Source of the DNA: Candidatus Omnitrophota bacterium
Lineage (GTDB): Bacteria > Omnitrophota > Gorgyraeia > Gygaellales > Profunditerraquicolaceae
Direction of reading: 5' to 3'
DNA: 64,000 nt
Assembly (NCBI GenBank): GCA_026387405.1
Contig: JAPLLV010000057.1
Location: 1,503-65,502, forward strand
Position 1 is the stretch's first letter, and each line of letters starts with the position of its first letter. A program made the translations under genes and the position numbers. Below the pieces are notes generated by a model, which did not search any database, was not told the DNA's origin, and worked only from the letters and a program-made list of their open reading frames with translations. Positions 58,123 through 64,000 of this stretch are shown piece by piece.

Positions 58123-58560
58123 ATGTTCTACGGAGAATACCTACATACTATCGACCGTAAAGGCCGCCTGATTTTGCCTGCCAAATTTCGCGAAGTAGCC
58201 AAGGCAAATTTTATCGAAAAGTTTTATATTACCCGAGGCCTGGATAAATGCCTCTTTATGTTTTCGGAAGAGGAGTGGCGTACGCAGGAATCCAAATTCA
58301 AGAATCTCTCTTTTACCAAACAGGAATCGCGCACCTTTAACCGGCTTTTTTTCTCCGGCGCCATGGAGCTGGCCGCGGACAGGCAGGGGAGGATATTGTT
58401 CGCGCAGTACCTGAAGGATTACGCCGAGATAAAGAGAGACGTGGTGATCGTGGGGGTATCCAATCGTATTGAGATTTGGGCAAAGGCAAAATGGCAAGAA
58501 TTTTATGGCGCCTGGCGGCCTTCTTTCGAGGAGATCGCCGAGAAACTGATAGATGTTTGA
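58123..58560 (+). CDS. mraZ: transcriptional regulator MraZ
   Basis: Two MraZ-type repeats (DRKGRLILPAKFRE... and DRQGRILFAQYLKDY...). First gene of the dcw cluster. Confidence 0.9.
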   Translation: MFYGEYLHTIDRKGRLILPAKFREVAKANFIEKFYITRGLDKCLFMFSEEEWRTQESKFKNLSFTKQESRTFNRLFFSGAMELAADRQGRILFAQYLKDYAEIKRDVVIVGVSNRIEIWAKAKWQEFYGAWRPSFEEIAEKLIDV

Positions 58561-58639
58561 GAGCGGACTTTTGCCCCGCCTGCGGCGGGATGTCGCTGGA
58601 TGGGCAAGCCCGTTGGGTGCTCCATGTGTTGAAGAGATA

Positions 58640-59533
58640 GTGGAAACTAAATTGCACACCCCGGTAATGCTGGGGGAGATTTTAGAGTATTTAGACCTGG
58701 CCCCGGGGAAGACAGTCGTTGACGCCACAGTGGGTACTGCCGGCCATGCCCTGGAGGTGCTTAAGAAAATAACCCCTGGAGGCAGGCTCATAGGTATTGA
58801 CCGGGATGAGGATGCGCTGGCGATAGCCAGACACCAGCTGGAACATTACGGGAAGAATAGCCGGTTAGTCTACGGCAGTTTCGCGGATATAGATAATATT
58901 TTAAAAGATTGCGGCATTAGAAAGGTGGACGGTATTTTATTTGACCTGGGAGTTTCCTCCCTTCAGCTGGGAGACCCGGAAAGGGGTTTTAGTTTCAATA
59001 AGGACGGGCCGCTGGATATGCGCATGGATAAGAAGAGCTATATATCCGCGTATGACCTGATGAATAACCTTAACGAACAGGAGATATCCACTATCCTCTG
59101 GAATTTCGGACAGGAGAGGTGGCACAGGCGTATTGCCCGCCTCTTGGTCCGGGAGAGAGAAAAGCATCCTATCACTACCACGTCGCAATTATCCGATATC
59201 GTCTTTCGGGCTATGCCCTACAAACATAAATACCAGCGCATACATCCCGCGACCCGGACATTTCAAGCCGTGCGCATAGCCGTAAACAGGGAATTGGAAT
59301 CTTTGGAAAGCGCCATCACAAAATCCGTGGATCTACTGGCAAAAGGCGGCAGGATCTGCGTAATATCGTTCCACTCCCTGGAGGACCGTATCGTAAAATG
59401 GCGTTTCCGCGAGTTCGCCTCCAACGGGTTGGTGCGCATTATCACGCCAAAACCATTGACGCCTTCATGGGGAGAGGCCAAGGAAAACCCTTCCAGCCGT
59501 TCAAGTAAGCTGCGGGTAGCGGAGAGGCTATAG
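58640..59533 (+). CDS. rsmH: 16S rRNA (cytosine1402-N4)-methyltransferase RsmH
   Basis: ...HTPVMLGEILEYLDLAPGKTVVDATVGTAGHALEVL... ...GIDRDEDAL... ...FDLGVSSLQLGDPERGFSF... The start is uncertain: GTG 58640 is preferred over track start 58553, which overlaps mraZ. Confidence 0.8.
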   Translation: METKLHTPVMLGEILEYLDLAPGKTVVDATVGTAGHALEVLKKITPGGRLIGIDRDEDALAIARHQLEHYGKNSRLVYGSFADIDNILKDCGIRKVDGILFDLGVSSLQLGDPERGFSFNKDGPLDMRMDKKSYISAYDLMNNLNEQEISTILWNFGQERWHRRIARLLVREREKHPITTTSQLSDIVFRAMPYKHKYQRIHPATRTFQAVRIAVNRELESLESAITKSVDLLAKGGRICVISFHSLEDRIVKWRFREFASNGLVRIITPKPLTPSWGEAKENPSSRSSKLRVAERL

Positions 59534-59534
59534 T

Positions 59535-59903
59535 ATGAAACTATCAAGGTTCTTATTATTGGTGCTTCTTTTTACCGTCGTATCGCTTTTGTATGTGTTT
59601 CAGCAAACGGAGATCATTCGCCTGGCGTATCTGGAGCAGAAACGGTCTACGGTATTCCAGGGGCTTTTGGATAAAAATACGGTCTTGCAATACAACATTA
59701 AAAAGAGCGCTTCGCTTGTGCGTATAGGCAGCAGGATCTCCAAGGATGGGGATTTTCAGATGCCTAATAGTTACCAGCTGGTCAGGCTGGAGCGTCCCGC
59801 TTCGCAATCAAGGGCGATCGCGCGCCTGTTCAATAGGCCCAATGTCTTCTCGCGTATCTTTGCGGTAAAGAGAGAGGCAGAGGCATATACCATTAATCCC
59901 TAG
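59535..59903 (+). CDS. ftsL: cell division protein FtsL-like (small bitopic membrane protein)
   Basis: MKLSRFLLLVLLFTVVSLLYVFQQ TM plus a short coiled coil, in the canonical position between rsmH and ftsI. Confidence 0.55.
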   Translation: MKLSRFLLLVLLFTVVSLLYVFQQTEIIRLAYLEQKRSTVFQGLLDKNTVLQYNIKKSASLVRIGSRISKDGDFQMPNSYQLVRLERPASQSRAIARLFNRPNVFSRIFAVKREAEAYTINP

Positions 59904-60013
59904 CGTTCTCCCTGCCTGCCGGCAGGCAGGGACTCGGCGCCTGCGGCGCCTCGCTCGAACGATACGTTTTATTCTTCGAGCGGAGCGAACGAAGTGAGCG
60001 TAGTCGAGAAGAA
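59896..60013. repeat. composite interspersed repeat (ccctgcctgccggcaggcagggactcgg + cctcgctcgaacgata + ttcttcgagcggagcgaacgaagtgagcgtagtcgagaag)
   Basis: Near-copy of 49196-49290 and of the 3' half of 19893-20058. Confidence 0.6.
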
Positions 60014-60062
60014 AAAGCCTGGGATTTCGGATTTAATACGTTAATAAGGTTACTATAAATTA

Positions 60063-61793
60063 GTGCATATTAGCGACTACCACCGCCGCTTCAATGCGGT
60101 ATTCTTCCTATTCTTCCTATTTTTCTTTTTCTGCATAGCCCGTCTTTTGTTCATCCAGTTTTTTCGCGGCCGCTACCTTGCCGGCGTAGCCAAAAAACAA
60201 CAGAATTTATTCGTGGAATTGGAGGCGCGCCGGGGAGCTGTCTTCGATGTGAACCTCAAGCCCCAGGCCGTGAATGTTTCGGTAGATTCCCTCTACGCCT
60301 CAAGCAGCGAGATACCGGACAAGATAAAACCCGCGCTCATCAGGCAGCTTGGCGCTATCTTGGGCGTGGATCAGGGTTATCTAAAGGATAAGTTATTCCG
60401 TAATAAATCTTTTGTCTGGCTGGCGCGAAAAATACCTTCGGCCGAGAGCGAGTCCGTGAGGCGCTTAAATGTAAGGGGCCTGGATTTTATCAAAGAGAGC
60501 AAACGCTGTTATCCTAACGGCTATTTGAGCAGCCACGCTTTAGGCTTCGCGGGATTGGATAATACGGGTCTCGAGGGGCTCGAGCTGCATTATAATAAAT
60601 ATTTAAAGGGCGAACCCGGGTGGACCTTTATCCTGCGGGACGCGCGCCAGAAAAAACTGGATCTCTCCGACAGGGTGCTTATGCCGAAGGACGGGTATAA
60701 CCTTGTCCTGACCATCGACGAAGTCATCCAGTACATAGCCGAGAGGGAACTGGACAAGGCCTTCCGCGAGCATCATGCCAAGGGTGCCAGCATCGTGGTG
60801 ATGAATCCGCATACCGGGGCGATCCTCGCCATAGCAAACCGGCCTACCTATGATCTAAATGAATATTCTTCTTCAGCTAAGGATGCCCGGCGTAACCGCG
60901 CGATCTGCGATATGTTTGAGCCCGGTTCGGTATTCAAGATCGTTACCTGTTCAGCAGTGCTTGAAGAAGGCAAGGTTAAGGAGAGCGATAGATTTTTCTG
61001 CGAGAACGGGGCCTGGCAGGTGGCAGGGCATGTCCTTCACGACCACCAGCCGCATGGCTGGCTTAGCTTTGCCGAGGTGATCGAGGAGTCCAGCAATATC
61101 GGCACCGTAAAGGCAGCCCAGATCCTGGGGCAGGAATTACTTTATAAATACGCGCGGCTTTTTGGATTCGGGTCCAGGTCCGGTATCGACCTGCCGGGAG
61201 AGATCGGGGGGATGTTGAAGCCGACTAGGTTCTGGTCTAAGACATCGATCACCGCCGTGCCTATGGGGCAGGAGGTGGCGGTTACGGCGTTACAATTAGT
61301 CACGGCCATCTCGGTGATCGCCAACGGCGGACAACTGATGAAACCTTACGTGGTAGATCAGATACGGGATAAATATGAAGAGCCGATCAAAAGATTCTCT
61401 CCGCAGTTAGTGCGTAAGGTTATTTCTGTGGATACCGCAAGCCGTGTCAAGGCAATACTTACGGCGGTAGTGGAGAGCGGCACGGGAAAAATGGCGAAAG
61501 TCCCCGGTTATTCCGCGGCAGGTAAGACCGGCACGGCCCAGAAATTAGAGCCAAATGGCGCTTATTCGCACAATAAATTCACCGCCTCATTCATAGGCTT
61601 TGCTCCGGCAGAAGACCCGGTAATAGCAGTGGCTGTGGTATTGGATGAGCCGCATCCTTACTATTTCGGCGGTGTGGTGTCTGCGCCGGTGTTTAAAAAC
61701 GTCTGCGCGGATGTATTACGCTATCTAAGGGTAAAAGAGACTCAAAATCCGACCCCGGCACTTGTCTTAAATGAGACTAACACATCTGATTAA
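60063..61793 (+). CDS. ftsI: penicillin-binding protein (class B transpeptidase, FtsI/PBP3-like)
   Basis: N-terminal TM; SxxK (SVFKIVT), SxN (EESSNIGT) and KTG (KTGTAQK) motifs. Confidence 0.9.
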   Translation: MHISDYHRRFNAVFFLFFLFFFFCIARLLFIQFFRGRYLAGVAKKQQNLFVELEARRGAVFDVNLKPQAVNVSVDSLYASSSEIPDKIKPALIRQLGAILGVDQGYLKDKLFRNKSFVWLARKIPSAESESVRRLNVRGLDFIKESKRCYPNGYLSSHALGFAGLDNTGLEGLELHYNKYLKGEPGWTFILRDARQKKLDLSDRVLMPKDGYNLVLTIDEVIQYIAERELDKAFREHHAKGASIVVMNPHTGAILAIANRPTYDLNEYSSSAKDARRNRAICDMFEPGSVFKIVTCSAVLEEGKVKESDRFFCENGAWQVAGHVLHDHQPHGWLSFAEVIEESSNIGTVKAAQILGQELLYKYARLFGFGSRSGIDLPGEIGGMLKPTRFWSKTSITAVPMGQEVAVTALQLVTAISVIANGGQLMKPYVVDQIRDKYEEPIKRFSPQLVRKVISVDTASRVKAILTAVVESGTGKMAKVPGYSAAGKTGTAQKLEPNGAYSHNKFTASFIGFAPAEDPVIAVAVVLDEPHPYYFGGVVSAPVFKNVCADVLRYLRVKETQNPTPALVLNETNTSD

Positions 61794-63264
61794 AATATTA
61801 GAGGCAAATCCGAGTATCCCGGAGGCCTGTGATTTTCAGGTCAGGGGCATCGCCTGCGACTCCAAAAAGGTGGGTGAGGATTTTGTCTTTGTGGCTATAA
61901 AGGGGGCAAGGGCAGACGGCCACAAATTCATCGAGGAAGCTATACAGAGAGGCGCGCGCTTTATCGTGGTCCAGAATTCCAGACCCGCGGTGGAAGAAAA
62001 AAGGGGGATATTTTCGTATAAAGATAATAAAAAAGTAATATTCATAGAAGTTAGCGATACAAGAAAGGCGCTTGCGGACCTGGCAGCGCGTTTTTATGAT
62101 CAGCCTTCGCAAAAACTTAAGGTCATCGGCATTACCGGCACCAATGGCAAGACTACGATCTCGTATTTATTGGAAGCCATATTGAAAAAAGCGTCCTTCA
62201 GTTCCGCGGTAGTCGGGACTATCAATTATCATTTTAAGGATAAGATCATTGCTGCCAAAAACACCACTCCCGGGCCGCTTGAACTTCAGGCGCTGCTTGC
62301 CGAGATGCTTAAAGAGAAAACGGAGTACGTGGCTATGGAGGTTTCTTCGCACGCGCTGGACCAGAGGCGCGTTGAAGGCATAAATTTTCATGCCGCGGTG
62401 TTTACCAACCTGACCCAGGATCACCTTGATTACCATCTGACTTTAGAGGAATATTTTTTGGCCAAGGCAAAATTATTTCAGGGTCTTAGTCCCGGGGCAT
62501 TGGCCATAGTGAATAATGATGATCCTTATGGCCGCAGGATAAGAGATCTCACCCCCGCCAGATTTATCGGTTACGGCATAGATAGTCCGGCAGAGGTCAT
62601 GGCCGTTGATCTGGAATGCGATATTAACAGGACGCGGTTTAAGATCAGGACGGATAAACAAACCATAACTTTAGAAAGCCGCCTGATCGGCAAACACAAT
62701 GTCTACAATATATTAGCAGCGGCAGCCTTTAGTCTGGAAGAGGGCATAGAAGTAAAAAACATAAAAGCGGCAATTGAGGATTTCGTTCTTGTCCCGGGCA
62801 GGCTGGAGAGGATAGAAACTCCTGCGGGATTTTCGGTGTTTGTGGATTACGCGCATACTCCGGACGCGCTTTTTAACGTGCTTACGGCATTGCGCAATGT
62901 ATCTTCAGGCAGGTTGATCCTGGTCTTTGGCTGCGGCGGCGACCGCGATAAGACCAAAAGAGCGAAAATGGGTCAGGTGGCCTCTGAGCTCGCAGATCAC
63001 GTTTTTATTACCAGCGATAACCCGCGCTCAGAGGCCCCGGAGGCTATTATCTCTGATATTATAAAAGGGGTGAAAAAAGAGAACTATGCGGCAGTCGTGG
63101 ACCGCCGTCAGGCCATAGAGAAGGCCCTGGGGACAGCCAGGGAAGGGGATATTGTGCTTCTGGCAGGTAAAGGCCATGAGGATTATCAGATATTTAAAGA
63201 CAAGACCATTCATTTTAGCGACCAGGAAGTAGTGCGTGAATGCTTAAGGGCGCTTAATAAATAA
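61771..63264 (+). CDS. murE: UDP-N-acetylmuramoyl-tripeptide synthetase
   Basis: ...GITGTNGKTT... P-loop, ...HFKDKIIAAKNTTPGPLELQALLAEM..., ...AMEVSSHAL... Mur ligase domains. A REP arm is embedded in-frame at 61977-61996. Confidence 0.9.
   Translation: MRLTHLIKILEANPSIPEACDFQVRGIACDSKKVGEDFVFVAIKGARADGHKFIEEAIQRGARFIVVQNSRPAVEEKRGIFSYKDNKKVIFIEVSDTRKALADLAARFYDQPSQKLKVIGITGTNGKTTISYLLEAILKKASFSSAVVGTINYHFKDKIIAAKNTTPGPLELQALLAEMLKEKTEYVAMEVSSHALDQRRVEGINFHAAVFTNLTQDHLDYHLTLEEYFLAKAKLFQGLSPGALAIVNNDDPYGRRIRDLTPARFIGYGIDSPAEVMAVDLECDINRTRFKIRTDKQTITLESRLIGKHNVYNILAAAAFSLEEGIEVKNIKAAIEDFVLVPGRLERIETPAGFSVFVDYAHTPDALFNVLTALRNVSSGRLILVFGCGGDRDKTKRAKMGQVASELADHVFITSDNPRSEAPEAIISDIIKGVKKENYAAVVDRRQAIEKALGTAREGDIVLLAGKGHEDYQIFKDKTIHFSDQEVVRECLRALNK
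61977..61996. repeat. REP-like motif, single arm, inside murE coding sequence (translated SRPAVE)
   Basis: ttccagacccgcggtggaag. Confidence 0.6.
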
Positions 63265-63276
63265 TACCAAATATCA

Positions 63277-63355
63277 TCGTCATTGCGAGGGAGCGAAGCT
63301 ACCGAAGCAATCTCAAAGACGGGATTGCTTCGCCCCTTCGGGGCTCGCAATGACG
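63277..63355. repeat. RPE-like MITE, copy I (murE-murF intergenic)
   Basis: tcgtcattgcgagggagcgaagctaccgaagcaatctcaaagacgggattgcttcgccccttcggggctcgcaatgacg. Confidence 0.75.
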
Positions 63356-63370
63356 TTAACTCGGACAGCA

Positions 63371-64000
63371 ATGTTTACCATATCAGAACTATTACAGGCT
63401 ACAAAAGGTAAATTAATCCGCGGGCGCGCCGATATCAGCGTTAGGGGTATCTCTATTGACTCACGCACTATCGAGCCTTCTTATGCCTTTATCGCCATAA
63501 AAGGGGATAATTTCGACGGCCATGATTTTATTGCCCGGGCAATAGCTAAAGGAGCTAAGGCCATAGTCTACCAATCGTCATTGCGAGGGAGATGTTCTCC
63601 TGTCATTGCGAGGAGCGATTTTTGCGACGAAGCAATCTCTAAAAGCGTGATTGCTTCAGCGCCTGCGGCGCTTCGCAATGACGGCGGGGCTCGCAATGAC
63701 AGTAGAAAAGTAGCATTTATTGAAGTCAGGGATACGGTAAAGGCGCTGGGAGATATTGCTAATTTTCACCGTATGCGGTTTGATATTCCGGTGATCGCGG
63801 TTAGCGGTTCTTCGGGCAAGACCACCGCCAAAGAGATGATCGCCCACGTTTTGGCGTTTAAGTTTAAGGTGCTAAAGTCAGAGGGCACAAAAAACAATAA
63901 TATCGGCCTGCCGCTTACCTTACTGCGGCTAACCCCCAAGCATGAGGCGGTAGTCCTAGAGATAGGCACTAACCATTTCGGCGAGGTAAGGAACCTGGTT
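63371..64000 (+). CDS. murF: UDP-N-acetylmuramoyl-tripeptide--D-alanyl-D-alanine ligase, 3'-truncated by window edge, carrying an in-frame MITE insertion (~42 codons)
   Basis: ATG at 63371. Hand translation is open to the window end: MFTISELLQATKGKLIRGRADISVRGISIDSRTIEPSYAFIAIKGDNFDGHDFIARAIAKGAKAIVYQ [SSLRGRCSPVIARSDFCDEAISKSVIASAPAALRNDGGARNDS] RKVAFIEVRDTVKALGDIANFHRMRFDIPVIAVSGSSGKTT... It is not in the ORF track because no stop falls inside the window. Confidence 0.8.
   Translation, partial: MFTISELLQATKGKLIRGRADISVRGISIDSRTIEPSYAFIAIKGDNFDGHDFIARAIAKGAKAIVYQSSLRGRCSPVIARSDFCDEAISKSVIASAPAALRNDGGARNDSRKVAFIEVRDTVKALGDIANFHRMRFDIPVIAVSGSSGKTTAKEMIAHVLAFKFKVLKSEGTKNNNIGLPLTLLRLTPKHEAVVLEIGTNHFGEVRNLV
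63577..63703. repeat. RPE-like MITE, copy J (compound), inserted in-frame within murF
   Basis: tcgtcattgcgagggagatgttctcctgtcattgcgaggagcgatttttgcgacgaagcaatctctaaaagcgtgattgcttcagcgcctgcggcgcttcgcaatgacggcggggctcgcaatgacag. Confidence 0.75.

Noticed and set aside
63371-64000. Concern that the murF segment might be non-coding because no ORF is listed in the track
   Set aside because: Manual translation shows an uninterrupted frame with the MurF P-loop (AVSGSSGKTT). It is absent from the track only because no stop falls inside the window.

Overview
All substantial genes in this 64-kb window lie on the + strand. Giant genes next to pilus/secretion genes are reminiscent of uncultivated Omnitrophota-like bacteria, but this is a guess, not a demonstrated assignment. 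In order, the window contains the following modules. (1) nt 1-8.1k: the 3' end of a secreted Fn3-like protein, then a 2,243-aa Tc-toxin-like RHS/YD-repeat polymorphic toxin (SpvB/TcB-like N-domain, FG-GAP propeller repeats, YD shell, RHS core with DPxG autocleavage site, variable C-terminal cargo), followed by two small lipoproteins that are candidate immunity proteins. (2) nt 8.4-25.9k: a type IV pilus / type II secretion-like cluster (PG-binding lipoprotein, PilC, prepilin-type pseudopilins, a GspK-like minor pseudopilin carrying a lamin-tail domain, an HTH regulator, a PilM/N-like fusion, a secretin with a ~550-aa ER/K-rich N-terminal extension, PilB ATPase, a TPR membrane protein, a GspJ-like pseudopilin, an Ig-like surface protein). 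(3) nt 26,003-46,048: one uninterrupted 20,046-nt gene for a 6,681-aa secreted protein built from about 60 copies of a GNVGIGTTxPxxKLxV tail-fibre-like repeat, followed by DUF4082-like and glycine-rich/Fn3 secreted proteins. (4) nt 47.9-54k: two REP-associated tyrosine transposase (RAYT/IS200-like) genes, tRNA-Pro(CGG), acylphosphatase, ligA and an MBL hydrolase. (5) nt 53.8-64k: xerC/D, a CCA/polyA-polymerase head protein, rbfA, nrnA, ribF and the dcw cluster mraZ-rsmH-ftsL-ftsI-murE-murF (murF truncated by the window edge). Two interspersed repeat families are superimposed on all of this. The first is a REP-like palindrome TTCCAGACCCGCGGTGGAA (8 copies, 2 as perfect hairpins). The second is an 80-170 bp RPE-like MITE bounded by GTCATTGCGAG...CTCGCAATGAC (at least 10 copies). 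Several MITE copies sit in-frame inside essential genes (ribF, murF). No CRISPR array, rRNA, or retroelement was seen.
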